DNA of 62,884 nt, counting the filler, from Acidimicrobiia bacterium (GTDB lineage: Bacteria > Actinomycetota > Acidimicrobiia > Spongiisociales > JAHEDJ01): NCBI GenBank assembly GCA_029210695.1. It is 3 parts of 3 records of this genome, joined end to end, with 100 filler letters (N's around TTAATTAATTAA, not from the genome) between each part and the next. Parts side by side here need not be neighbours in the genome. Positions count along the whole stretch, not along the records: positions 1 to 24,618 come from JARGFH010000052.1; 2 more parts are not named here. One strand, written 5' to 3'. Below, in pieces: positions 8,221 to 18,272 of this stretch (position 1 is the first letter of the stretch; every line of letters starts with the position of its first letter). A model generated the notes under the pieces. That model had not been told where the DNA came from and ran no database searches. It worked only from the letters and a program-made list of their open reading frames with translations. The position numbers and the translations under genes were made by a program.

Positions 8221-9984
8221 CTATCGGTCTCGCGGCGGGCGCCGCAGCATCTCGAGCAACACGGCAAGAAACGCCGCGGTCTGCTCCGGAGAGGCCTCGT
8301 TCGCGACCCGGCGGATGGCGTAGCCGATGGACGCGTTGTTGTCTTGCTCGCTCCGCACCCACTCGATAACCCGCTCCAGATCAAGGGGACGGTTGCGCTG
8401 GTCGGGCCCGGACGCAGCTCGCTCCTGAGTACTGCCGCGCCCGCGGTCCGGGCGGTCCTCTCGCCAACCGCTGCGTTCGGACTGGACGGTGTCATGCGCG
8501 GCGAGCATCTCCAGTACCTCCCTGCGATGCGGTCGACGCTTGTCAGTGTCGCCGCCCATCTGCTCCCGGTCTTGGTCGACCGGAAGGTTCTCGCGGCGCT
8601 TGATCAGGATCGTTTGTCCGAACTCCAGCTCCGCCCACTGCCACTGGAACGGGCCTTGCCGCGCAGGTATCGGCTCGCCGAGGGTGCGCCGGACTCGCCC
8701 GAGGCCCGCGACCTGGAGCCCGTCGTCGGCGCTCAGTAGTGCGTCCGCTTGCGTCTTGGGCGCGGTCCAGGTCAGAAGATCAGGGTAGCGATGCCCGATG
8801 GTGCCCCCGCCGCCTGCGAGATCGGCCATGCGTCCAGCCTCGGAGGCAATGAGAGCGCTGTCCATGACAGGCACTGGCGGTTCGTCGGCAGCGGTAGCAC
8901 CGAGAAGGGCGCCAGCCATCGTCGCGATAGTGTCGGTGTCTGAGCCGATGGTGTTCGCGGCGGTGGCGAGCGACTCGGCGGGTCGTTCGTCGCACCAGGT
9001 GAGAGCTGCCGCCGCGACGACGGTGATGGTGCCGCTACCTCGGCGGTCCGGATCGAGGAGATTCAGAGCATCAATCACGCTGCCGTACCGCTCAGTCGGT
9101 GGGCTACTCGTGACAGCATGTTCGGCTGTCGAGATGGCCTCCCGGATCTCGTTCCGCGCAGCTTGCCATGCATCGCCAAACGGACGTCGCGCCTCCCGTT
9201 CCCAGCCGGTGAGCCACAGCTCACCGAGCTGCGGATCGTCGCGCAGCATCGACGGCACCGTGCCCGCATCATCGACAAGCTTGCTGAGGATCGCCGGGCT
9301 CGGGATGGTGCCGGTCTCCATCGACTGGGCGAGAGCGAGGGCGTGGATAGTCGCTCCCACGAGCGCAGTCGGGTGGGCGTGCGTGCACACCGAGTTGCGG
9401 AGCACGTCAAGCAGGTAGGTATTCGGCTCGTTGAGATTCGGCGCGGCCCAGACATGGGGTTGGATCCGCATGGCCGCTCCGTTGCCTCCGGAGTCGAGCC
9501 AGCCCCTGTAGGTGTTTGAGAACCACGCAGTCGTGGTCTTGGCGAGGTTCGTGGCGGCAGCCTTGGTCGAGAGTCCGCCCCCGAGCGCGTAGGCCAGCCA
9601 CACAGGTAACTCGACCTTGGCGAAGGCCTCGACATCGAACCCCGTCGGACCGATAGCGCGGGCGACCGCGATGCGAAGCTGCGTGTCATCTGAGTAGCAC
9701 CCCATGGGGAGCGTTGCGTTGACCCCGCCACGCCCGCCGACTCTGCGCTGCCACTCCAGCGGCATGGTGAGCTCGCGGCCCCCGGTGCGGCGGCGTAGCC
9801 CCTTGGCGTCAGTTAGCTCGCTGATGAACCCGAGCGCGTCGCCGTATGCGGCCCATAGCGCCGACAGGCGGATTCGGCCTACGCGCAGCGCGCGATCGGT
9901 GCCGTCTCCCGCTGTCTGCTGCCGCGGCATCGCGGTCTCAGTGCCGTTGTAGGGAACTTCGTCGAACAGACTGCGATCGCTCAA
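8221..9984 (-). CDS. ADP-ribosylglycohydrolase (ARH/DraG family) with long C-terminal extension
   Basis: AYGDALG, YSDDTQL, GNGAAMR, THAHP, GSDTDTIATMAGALLGA; start overlaps the darT stop. Confidence 0.92.
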   Translation of the reverse strand: MSDRSLFDEVPYNGTETAMPRQQTAGDGTDRALRVGRIRLSALWAAYGDALGFISELTDAKGLRRRTGGRELTMPLEWQRRVGGRGGVNATLPMGCYSDDTQLRIAVARAIGPTGFDVEAFAKVELPVWLAYALGGGLSTKAAATNLAKTTTAWFSNTYRGWLDSGGNGAAMRIQPHVWAAPNLNEPNTYLLDVLRNSVCTHAHPTALVGATIHALALAQSMETGTIPSPAILSKLVDDAGTVPSMLRDDPQLGELWLTGWEREARRPFGDAWQAARNEIREAISTAEHAVTSSPPTERYGSVIDALNLLDPDRRGSGTITVVAAAALTWCDERPAESLATAANTIGSDTDTIATMAGALLGATAADEPPVPVMDSALIASEAGRMADLAGGGGTIGHRYPDLLTWTAPKTQADALLSADDGLQVAGLGRVRRTLGEPIPARQGPFQWQWAELEFGQTILIKRRENLPVDQDREQMGGDTDKRRPHRREVLEMLAAHDTVQSERSGWREDRPDRGRGSTQERAASGPDQRNRPLDLERVIEWVRSEQDNNASIGYAIRRVANEASPEQTAAFLAVLLEMLRRPPRDR

Positions 9985-10673
9985 TCGAAGACCTCTCGCG
10001 CGTGGCGGACGGGAACATCATGGTCGAGAGCGCCCAGTGCGCCGTAGACGTCGTCAAGTGCCTCTTCGGCCTGGACGTCGATCCGTTGGAGGTACCGTAG
10101 ATCGACTTCGCCCGGGTACAGAACCTCGGCCTGGCGGTCTGTCGTGAAGTGGTCAGGGAGCCTGGCACGGGTGTGGACCGAGGAGTACCTTCCGATCACT
10201 GGGTCGTCGAATAGCTGATCGAACCCTCCGATGCCCTCCGCCCGCTTGCAGGTCGGATAGATGTTGTTGGTCGTCGTGAATACCACACCCGGGTGGCTCA
10301 GGATGTCCGGCGTGAACGACAACGCGACCCACGACACACCGTCGGCTATGTGCCACCTCTCGGACGTGTCGAACATCCAGTCGTTGATCCTCGATATCGA
10401 CATGTTCACGTAGTCGAGCCAGGCGGCATCGCGGCTCCGATCAAGGGCATTAGGGCGGTACACGTGCTCAAGGTATTGCTCCTGGGGCAGTCGTCGCCTG
10501 CTCTTCAGGGCTTTGCTCGCGAGGATGCCGACGGCGCCGTGGATGGTGGTGAAGTGGACAACGTCGCTGATACCGCGGTTGATCGCGGCCGTCAGGACGT
10601 CTGGGCTGGACGAGAGGAGCGCCACTTCATCGCTGGTGCGGGGCCGGGCAGCGGTGGATCGGTGTGTCGGCAT
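9981..10673 (-). CDS. darT: DarT-family (DUF4433) DNA ADP-ribosyltransferase, DarT1-like motifs
   Basis: VVHFTT...GILAS..L.SR, VNMSISRINDWMF, W...PDIL, FTTTNN, TTDRQAEVL with catalytic Glu. Confidence 0.82.
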   Translation of the reverse strand: MPTHRSTAARPRTSDEVALLSSSPDVLTAAINRGISDVVHFTTIHGAVGILASKALKSRRRLPQEQYLEHVYRPNALDRSRDAAWLDYVNMSISRINDWMFDTSERWHIADGVSWVALSFTPDILSHPGVVFTTTNNIYPTCKRAEGIGGFDQLFDDPVIGRYSSVHTRARLPDHFTTDRQAEVLYPGEVDLRYLQRIDVQAEEALDDVYGALGALDHDVPVRHAREVFD

Positions 10674-10682
10674 TGCCTACCT

Positions 10683-12089
10683 CTAGACCGTAACGGCGTC
10701 GTAGGTGGCAGGGTCGAGCAAGCCTATGAGCGTGGACTCCTCGCCTGGCTTGTAGCCGACCATGACCGAGGTACGCGCACGACCGACCCCCATGGCGAGC
10801 AGCCGTCGGAGGCGGTCGAGGGTGGCGTCCCCTTCTCCTTCGCCATGCGGGGTGACCTGCTGGTTGAGGCCAGGGAGTAGGACGTGATCGAACTCGAGCC
10901 CCTTGGCGGAGTGGACCGTCGACAGGCCCACCTGCTCTGGTCCACTAGGCCAGACGCTCTGGCGGGTGAGCTCACAGTAGGGGATCCGGTGGCGCTGCAG
11001 CACGGCGCGGGCATAGTCGAACCACCTGCCACCCCGCGGTTGCAGGATGGCGACCGACTCCTTCTCAAGATCAGCGTACGTCTGGAGTTCGGCCAGCATG
11101 TACTCGAGCTGGTTGCTGTACTTCCCTATCACGATCTTGGGGCGTCTACCTGTCTCGCGGCAGGCGGTGAAATCGGGAAGTGATCCGTCGTCCTCGAGTG
11201 GCAGGCCGGCCACCAGAGGTACTGCGAAGGCCGCGATCTCGGCAGTGTTCCGGTGGTTCTCCTCCAGCCTGTAGATCATGTTCGGCCGAAGCGCGATGCC
11301 CACCTCGGCCCACGTGAAGAAGCGGGGATAGATCCGTTGCATGGCGTCCAGCACGAACGTCGTCGAGTGATCCTTGGCCAGATGGGCGAGCACGGCCCGG
11401 ACTTGGTTGGCGGAGAAGTCTTGAGCCTCATCGACGATGACGACGTCATACTCCTCGGACTCGGCGTCGGCGGCTTCGAGGGCGAGGTCGTTCCAGTCAC
11501 GGAGGCCGGCGGCGCGCTTTGCGTCTTGGTAGGGCAGGATGACGTCGGCGAGTAGGCGCTGCCGGAGGGCGGCGTCCACCCGGGGGGAGTTGCCCCGGCC
11601 AGTCCTCTCCTTGCTGAGGTACTCGTTGAGCGTGTCGGGGGAAAACCGCGAGAGGGCGTACTCCACCTCGTCCACGAAGAAGTCGAGTTGATCGGCTTGA
11701 ATCAAAGGAAGGAGGCTCGCCCGGAGGTGTGATGCCACCTGGTCGCGATCCAGGATGTCGACGGTTCCCACGAGGCCCCGGGCCCACTTGCTAAAGGTGC
11801 TCACCTCGAGATCGAGGCGCCGATCTGCGGCAACCTGCTGACGAGCGAGTTCCATGATGTAGCCCTCGAGCGTTCGGTTGTAGGTCAAGACGAGGACCCG
11901 GACAGGGCCCCGCAAACCCAACCGATCCTGCCGGGCGAGCCGACTCTTGGTGAGCTGCTTCAAACGGAGCAACGCGGTCGTCGTCTTCCCACTCCCGGCG
12001 GCTCCTCTGATGAGCCGAAAGCCAGGACGGCCATCGGTGAGGATGACCAGCTGATCTGGGGAAGGGCGGACCGGCGAGAGGATCCGCAT
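10683..12089 (-). CDS. Superfamily 1 (UvrD-like) helicase
   Basis: GAAGSGKTT, VLTYN, IVDEAQDF, QRIY, LEENHRNT, STVHSAKGLEFD, GRAR; ATG 12089 with GGAG RBS. Confidence 0.88.
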   Translation of the reverse strand: MRILSPVRPSPDQLVILTDGRPGFRLIRGAAGSGKTTTALLRLKQLTKSRLARQDRLGLRGPVRVLVLTYNRTLEGYIMELARQQVAADRRLDLEVSTFSKWARGLVGTVDILDRDQVASHLRASLLPLIQADQLDFFVDEVEYALSRFSPDTLNEYLSKERTGRGNSPRVDAALRQRLLADVILPYQDAKRAAGLRDWNDLALEAADAESEEYDVVIVDEAQDFSANQVRAVLAHLAKDHSTTFVLDAMQRIYPRFFTWAEVGIALRPNMIYRLEENHRNTAEIAAFAVPLVAGLPLEDDGSLPDFTACRETGRRPKIVIGKYSNQLEYMLAELQTYADLEKESVAILQPRGGRWFDYARAVLQRHRIPYCELTRQSVWPSGPEQVGLSTVHSAKGLEFDHVLLPGLNQQVTPHGEGEGDATLDRLRRLLAMGVGRARTSVMVGYKPGEESTLIGLLDPATYDAVTV

Positions 12090-12277
12090 GGGCACTCCTA
12101 TGGTCGGAGCCCGCTGCCCGGGCCCACATGGTCGCAACGATAGCATCAGCATGACCGTCCCTGTTGGCAGAACGACGAACGGGCGGCCCAGCACGAATAC
12201 GGAGCGCGAACACCTCCGCCCACATGGTGTCGACCCGATAGGGCGGTGATCGCCGACCGCGGCCTGGCGGGGAGTGC

Positions 12278-13110
12278 TTAGGAGTCAGCGCCGCTGCCCG
12301 TCGACCCGCCTTCCGCCTGCCAAGCGAGGAGGGATGCGACGGCGGTGAGAACGAGCACTGCGTCGCGCCTGGTCCAACTGATGGCGATCGTGTGTTGGTC
12401 GGCGTGTAGGGCGGCGCTGGAGAGCTGGAATAGCGCATCCGCCACCGTATAGATGCGGTCTAGTTTGGTGCGCAGCTGAGCCTTACCGGCTGCAAGCGAC
12501 TTACCGTCCGGCGATCGCCATAGCTGTTCGATCACTCTTCTCGCCGATGAGATGGAGTCTTCGTAGCGGCCCTCATTCAGAGCGCGGCGTGCCTTTCTCA
12601 GCTCGTCGGTCACTTGCCGGGTCCGGCGCCTCGGCGTCGCCGAGCGGGATGACGAGCGAGAACGCGTCTGCGAACCGAGCCTGATCGAGGACGGCGGCCC
12701 AGTGCAGCGCCGGGACTGTGAGGCGAGTCTGGGTTGTCATGCTCGTGAGATTCCGGTCCCCGGAGACGGCGTGGATGGCTGGGTCGATGATCACCGTCAG
12801 ATCACGACCGCCGCGCTGGCGCTCCAGTAGTTCGAGCTGTTCGCGAGTTAGGTCGAGGGGCCAGCTCAATCGCAGAGCTGAAGTTCGTCTGGCTGAGAAT
12901 GGTCGCGGAGGTCTGATGAGCGAGCCCGAGTTTCTGGAGTCCGGATCTGCTCAGCTCGACCATCACCATTGCGCCGCCGATCAGCTGTACATCGTCCTTC
13001 GGTGGCCGCAAACATAGGACCCGACAACGGAAACGGAGACGGTGACCACCGACGAAGGGGAACCCGTCCACGCTGAGGCCGTCGCCTGCAAGCTGGATCG
13101 TGCTAGCCAC
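12278..13110 (-). pseudogene. Hypothetical gene with HEPN-like C-terminus, apparently broken by two frameshifts
   Basis: Three overlapping minus-strand frames join into one plausible protein (MASTIQL... / ...WPLDLTREQLELLERQRGGRDL... / ...DELRKARRALNEGRYEDSISSARRVIE...SSAALH); start overlaps the M48 stop. Confidence 0.5.
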
Positions 13111-13813
13111 TTGCGACGTCTCCAAGCCACAGGGTCCGTCCTGCCGCCGCCAGTCGATCTCTCGACTCGGCGTAAACCGGCTGCACTCGGGCCACTGCGT
13201 CCCAGAAGCGGTTGCTGTGGTTCGGGTAGTGGGCGTGGGTGAGCTCATGGACAAGGACGTAGTCGACGAGAGTGGGTTGCAGTTGCAGGGTGGCCCAGTG
13301 GATGTTGAGGCGGCCATCGCGATACGAGCCCCAGCGGTACCCGAGGTCTCGCATCACGATGGCGAATTCGGGGACGTTGCAGCGTGAGGCCCACAGCCTG
13401 ACCCGCTTGCGGAGCCAGGAGGTTCCGGTGGCTCGGTACCAGGCGATGAGCGCGGCGGCACCGTCGGGCTCGTCACGGCGTAGGCACAGGCGTCCACCGG
13501 AGAGCCTCACCGCCATGTCCTGGTCGTCGACCAGCAGGAGCCGGTAGTTGCGGCCCAGGTAGCGGAAGCCCTCCCCGTTGACGAGCTGCTTGGGTGGCTG
13601 CACCGGCAGGAAATCAGCCTTCTCGATCAGCTTGCGGTGGATCCAGTCTTGTTTGCGGTCGATAAAGTCCCGCACCGGGTCGTCTGGGGTCCCTGCCGGA
13701 ACCGCTACCAGGAGTGAGCCGTCTCGGTCGATGGTGATCTCCATCGTCGACCGGGCGGGCCTTTCGCTCACGGCCACCTCGAGGCCAGCAACTTCGAGCA
13801 CGCGGTCGGTCAT
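13103..13813 (-). CDS. M48/YgjP (DUF45) metallopeptidase associated with type I R-M
   Basis: GE.F.YLGR.Y.L, RWGS, YVLVHELTH, H...FW; ATGA overlap with hsdR. Confidence 0.9.
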   Translation of the reverse strand: MTDRVLEVAGLEVAVSERPARSTMEITIDRDGSLLVAVPAGTPDDPVRDFIDRKQDWIHRKLIEKADFLPVQPPKQLVNGEGFRYLGRNYRLLLVDDQDMAVRLSGGRLCLRRDEPDGAAALIAWYRATGTSWLRKRVRLWASRCNVPEFAIVMRDLGYRWGSYRDGRLNIHWATLQLQPTLVDYVLVHELTHAHYPNHSNRFWDAVARVQPVYAESRDRLAAAGRTLWLGDVASG

Positions 13814-16800
13814 GTCGTCACCAAGAGTTGATGGTTGGCTTTGGACAGCTCGATCAGCCGGTCGGCGACCCGCTTGCAATGGTCGAGCGGGTACAGGCGG
13901 CTCTCGTCGAGACGCTGGACCACCTGCTTCCGCAGCTCGTCCTGGGCGTTGGCGTTCCCCCAAAAGCCGACAGTCCTCACCCGTCGGCGAATCATGTCGA
14001 CAAGTCCGGTCGTCACTTCGATCATCTGGTCACGCGCGACAGCCGCCTCGCCAAGTTCATCCTCGATCACGCCGAGGAATCGGAGGTCGATCTCGTCGAG
14101 ACCCGTTGCATCCGTTTCCCGGTCGGCTGTCGCATCATCAATCAGCTCGCCGATCGCGAGAGCGAGCTGATCCCATTTGCCCTCCAGTGCGTCGAGGACC
14201 TCGTCCAGCCGTTCCGACAGTTTCTTGTACCGGGCCGGGTCCTCGTAGTACTTCTCCAAGATGTGGTGGCGCAGGGCGTGTTCCATCTCCGACGCCTTCG
14301 CTCGCTCCGACGGCTGCCCTGCGACGTGCGTCTTGAAGTCGACGTCGGTGATCCGGATCGGGGGAATGGCCTGGGCGAGGTCGAGCACGGTGATATGTTC
14401 GTCGATCAGCTGTCGCACCTTCTCCCGATATAGCGACGGGTCGAACCCGCCGTTCCCTTGGTCCCGGTATCGCAGGCGCGTGTACAGCTGGATCTTCCCG
14501 AACAGCTTGGCGTCGGCAACGAACGGACGAGCTTCGGGTCGAGGCAACACGATGTCCAGGCTGACCAGGAACCGTTTGACATCGATGTCGAAGCGGGCTC
14601 GCAGCTCCGGATTGCCGAACAGGTCCACACAGAGTTCGATCACTCCCGGGTCATCGGCAAGGTCTATGCCGTGACCGGCCAAGAACTGGACGACACGCTG
14701 GTGGCGATCCGACAGCCGTCCGGCCTCTTCGGCGATGCTCCGCAGCGAACCGGCAGCGAGGTCGTCGAGCTTCCCGTCAGCGTCGGCGTAGGCTGCCAGG
14801 GCCTCGGTAAGGTGGTTGACAACCCCGTAGTAGTCGACCACCAACCCGTAGTCCTTGCCGTCGGCGGTTCGGTTGACCCGGGCGACCGCCTGCAGCAGCT
14901 CTGCCTGTTGGATGAGCCGATCCAGAAAGAGCACCTGGGCGACCGGTGCGTCGAAACCGGTGAGGAGCATCGATTTCACGATGAGCATCGCCACCGGTGA
15001 CGTCTTGTCGGCGTCGGGACCGAGCGGCTTCTTGAAGGCTTCGATCCGACTGTCCTGTTCGTCCTTGTCGGTCCAGGTAGCCCAGTCGGCCGAGTCATTG
15101 TGGGCACCGGATATCACGGGGACGAACTCGAGGATCCGGATCAGGTCGATGTGCGGTAGGGCACGTACCAGGAACTGCTGACGTCGGGGAAGGTCATCGA
15201 TCTCATCGCCGGACATCCCGGCGAGCGCCGGGTCGAGGTTCTCGAGGTGAGAGACCAGTAGGTCTCGTGCCGCGTTGAACGCGTCGCGGTAACGGATGCA
15301 GGCTCGCCGACTAGAGGCGACGACCATCCCCTTGAGCCCCTGCGGCAGCACTGTCGCTACATAGTGCTCGAGCATGTCGGCGGCCTTGGCGGAAATCATC
15401 TCGGGCGCCTCCAAGACCTCCGCCACCCTGGCGTACTTGGCTTGCAGCGCATCCCGCTGCTCGGCGGTAAGACCGGCGAACCAGCGGAAGAACAGCTCGT
15501 CCATGTCGGAGGCGCCCTTGACCGCCCCGTCGGCGGTTCGGCCCTCATAGAGGATCGGGACCGTCGAACCGTCTGCCTCGGATTCGGCGAGGGTGTAGGT
15601 ATCGAGGAACGGGCCGAAGATGTCGTGTGTCTTCTTGCGGGCGCCCATGATGATCGGCGTTCCCGTGAACCCAACCCGGGCGGCGTTAGGGAGCGCAGCC
15701 ATCAGGTTGGCGTGTAACCCAGATGCATGCGACCGGTGTGCCTCATCCACCATCACCAGAATCGCGTCGTCGTCGTTCAGGACACCAAAGGTTCCGTCGG
15801 CCGTTTCGTCCTCCTCCAGGCCAGGCTCGACTGCGATCTCGTCCCGATACTTCTGGATCATCGCCATCACCAGACCAGGCCCGGACTGGGCCAACAGGGT
15901 CTTCAGATGCCTGGTCCTACGAGCGACAGCGACGGTCTCGCCTGACAGCTCGGCAGTGTCCCGCAACTGCTTCTGCAGAGCGGTGCGGTCGCTCACCACC
16001 ACCACCTTGAAACGGCGCAGCTCCGGATCCGATCGCATCTTGCGGACCAGGAACACTATGGTCAGCGACTTGCCCGACCCCTGGGTGTGCCAGATCACGC
16101 CGCCTCGCTGGTCGACCTCGCCGTCCTCAGCCCGAGTCTTGCCGGTCTTCAACCGATCGATCGCCCGATGAACACTCCGGAACTGCTGGTACCGCGTCAC
16201 CGCCTTAACGGTCCGCTGCCCGACCGGCATGAACAGCGTGAAGTGCCTGACGATGTCCAACAGGCTCTCCGGCCGAAGCATCCCAGCGATGAGCGACTCC
16301 TGCCCCGACAGGTCCTCGACCCGCTTGGCGACACCGGACGACACCGGTACGGCCTCCGAGAGAGGGTAAGGATCCTTCCACTCGAGGAAATGCTCCGGAC
16401 CCGAGGTGAAGGTCCCAACTCGCGCCGCTTCGAAGGTGGTGCCAACCACAAACTGGTTCGCCCAGAACAGCGACTCGTTGCCCTCGTCCGCATCAACCTC
16501 GCCACGCCGGTTCGAGTAGCGGCGAAGCTGGGTGATCGCCCGGGCAATCGCATCCTCCGGCCCCGGTGCCTTGCACTCCACCACCACCAGCGGGATTCCG
16601 TTAACGAACAACACCAGGTCTGGACAGATGAACTGCTTGGACTGCCCACCCGGCTCGTCCACCCGGAACTGGTTGATGACCAGGAAGTCGTTGTTCGCCC
16701 AGTTCTCCCAGTCGATGAACCGCACCATCTGATCACGACCCTGACCCCACCACTCCATCCCCGGCACCGTTGTCCCAGTAAGCAGCAGGTCGGTGGCCTT

Positions 16801-17079
16801 CCGATTCGCGTCGATGAGCTTCAGCCCACCGGCGCCAGCCTTCTGTAGTGAAGACACCGCCTGCGAAACCCGACGTTCGTCCAGCCACGGCTCGCCCGTG
16901 GCGTCGAGATTGATCCACTTCAATGCCGCTCGAAGCCGACCCTCGAGGACGACATCACGCCACGACTCTCGTTCGGTCAATGCCGGTTCCCATGTATCGC
17001 CCGAGAGGTGGCCCCAGCCCAAAGCCTGAAGCTGTTGGACCGCCGGCCACTCGACCAGCTCGAACTCAAGGCCACTCAT
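13810..17079 (-). CDS. hsdR: Type I restriction endonuclease subunit R
   Basis: PDLVLFVNGIPLVVVECK nuclease; WHTQGSGKS, DEAHRS, GFTGTP, LLTGFDAP, QAVARVNR. Confidence 0.96.
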   Translation of the reverse strand: MSGLEFELVEWPAVQQLQALGWGHLSGDTWEPALTERESWRDVVLEGRLRAALKWINLDATGEPWLDERRVSQAVSSLQKAGAGGLKLIDANRKATDLLLTGTTVPGMEWWGQGRDQMVRFIDWENWANNDFLVINQFRVDEPGGQSKQFICPDLVLFVNGIPLVVVECKAPGPEDAIARAITQLRRYSNRRGEVDADEGNESLFWANQFVVGTTFEAARVGTFTSGPEHFLEWKDPYPLSEAVPVSSGVAKRVEDLSGQESLIAGMLRPESLLDIVRHFTLFMPVGQRTVKAVTRYQQFRSVHRAIDRLKTGKTRAEDGEVDQRGGVIWHTQGSGKSLTIVFLVRKMRSDPELRRFKVVVVSDRTALQKQLRDTAELSGETVAVARRTRHLKTLLAQSGPGLVMAMIQKYRDEIAVEPGLEEDETADGTFGVLNDDDAILVMVDEAHRSHASGLHANLMAALPNAARVGFTGTPIIMGARKKTHDIFGPFLDTYTLAESEADGSTVPILYEGRTADGAVKGASDMDELFFRWFAGLTAEQRDALQAKYARVAEVLEAPEMISAKAADMLEHYVATVLPQGLKGMVVASSRRACIRYRDAFNAARDLLVSHLENLDPALAGMSGDEIDDLPRRQQFLVRALPHIDLIRILEFVPVISGAHNDSADWATWTDKDEQDSRIEAFKKPLGPDADKTSPVAMLIVKSMLLTGFDAPVAQVLFLDRLIQQAELLQAVARVNRTADGKDYGLVVDYYGVVNHLTEALAAYADADGKLDDLAAGSLRSIAEEAGRLSDRHQRVVQFLAGHGIDLADDPGVIELCVDLFGNPELRARFDIDVKRFLVSLDIVLPRPEARPFVADAKLFGKIQLYTRLRYRDQGNGGFDPSLYREKVRQLIDEHITVLDLAQAIPPIRITDVDFKTHVAGQPSERAKASEMEHALRHHILEKYYEDPARYKKLSERLDEVLDALEGKWDQLALAIGELIDDATADRETDATGLDEIDLRFLGVIEDELGEAAVARDQMIEVTTGLVDMIRRRVRTVGFWGNANAQDELRKQVVQRLDESRLYPLDHCKRVADRLIELSKANHQLLVTT

Positions 17080-18272
17080 GACGCCACCGTACGAACGCGG
17101 CCTGAGAGAAGATCGGATGCAAGACCAGACCTGATCGCCCTCAGTGTCCGCTTGAAGTCCTGATTCCGCCGGATGTTTGCCCGCGCGGAACGAGCGAACG
17201 AGACGATTCTCCTCTGTTCGTCGATGGGCGGGACCAGAACGGTTGTGTCGGCGACGATCGCAGAGTTGATGTTCGACTGAGTACCCGTTTGCCCGCGACG
17301 AATAAAGTCATCGCGGTAGTGCTCTAGGAGGAGCACGAGGAAATCGTTGTCGACTGAATCGTCATGCTGAACATGGACGAACCCGTCGTGAATGCAGGCC
17401 TCCGTCCCCACCACAATCGCTACCCCGATCGTCGCAGCAATGCTCATGATGACGTCGCCAGGATTGACCCACCTGCTCCTCGCTGCCCCGGCATTAGACA
17501 GCTTGTCTCGGGTTCCGACGAGCAGGTCACCTGAAGACGTCACGTCGGAGATCCGGACCCACGCACGACCAGACTCCGAGAACCAGGCAGGATTGTCTAT
17601 CGGCCTTGGACTGGCGCCGCGCTGCACTCTTGCGAAAGACCCCACCCTGCATTCCCGCCATTCTCCTCGCGTGCAGGAGCCGACCCCGTTCATCAAGTCC
17701 CGTCGGAATCCTTGCTCAAGCTGCGTCAGCTTCGCGATGAGGCGTTCGGTGGCCTGGATTGCCTCGTCGATCGTGTCGAGGACCTCCGCAATGCGTTTCT
17801 GTTCCTCGAGCGGCGGGGCGCGGAAGGTGATCTCGGCGAACTGGCGGTACCGAATCGAACCCCTTCGATCAACGGAGGCTTGCTCGAGAACCGCATACGC
17901 CGCCAGAGCCTCCGGGCTCTTCAGAACGCGGAGCAGATAACGGGGATCAATACTGTCGCTGGCGGAAAAGACTGTGTACATAGGGCTGACACAGCCTTCG
18001 CCGAGTCCCTGGTTCAAGCCAATCGATCCCTCCGCGAGATGGTTAGTGGCGTATGCAAACCAACCCGGCTCAACCACCCTGTACTGCGCGAGGTTTTCGC
18101 TGTAGATCTGTCGGCCCTTGAAATACTCGTCAGATGGCACAAGGCCGTAGTGCTTGGTCGACGAGAAGACGAGCGGGTCCACCTTGGACCCGACTCGCTT
18201 CGACTCTAGGACCGTTGCCTCTCCAATGGTGCGAGTCCTCCACCCCGAAGGAAGGGCCAGTCCTTCACTCAT
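17076..18272 (-). CDS. hsdS: Type I R-M specificity subunit S
   Basis: LPSGW start; two TRDs with [10 protein letters not shown] and [10 protein letters not shown] conserved regions; DLLSGRVR end. Confidence 0.93.
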   Translation of the reverse strand: MSEGLALPSGWRTRTIGEATVLESKRVGSKVDPLVFSSTKHYGLVPSDEYFKGRQIYSENLAQYRVVEPGWFAYATNHLAEGSIGLNQGLGEGCVSPMYTVFSASDSIDPRYLLRVLKSPEALAAYAVLEQASVDRRGSIRYRQFAEITFRAPPLEEQKRIAEVLDTIDEAIQATERLIAKLTQLEQGFRRDLMNGVGSCTRGEWRECRVGSFARVQRGASPRPIDNPAWFSESGRAWVRISDVTSSGDLLVGTRDKLSNAGAARSRWVNPGDVIMSIAATIGVAIVVGTEACIHDGFVHVQHDDSVDNDFLVLLLEHYRDDFIRRGQTGTQSNINSAIVADTTVLVPPIDEQRRIVSFARSARANIRRNQDFKRTLRAIRSGLASDLLSGRVRTVAS

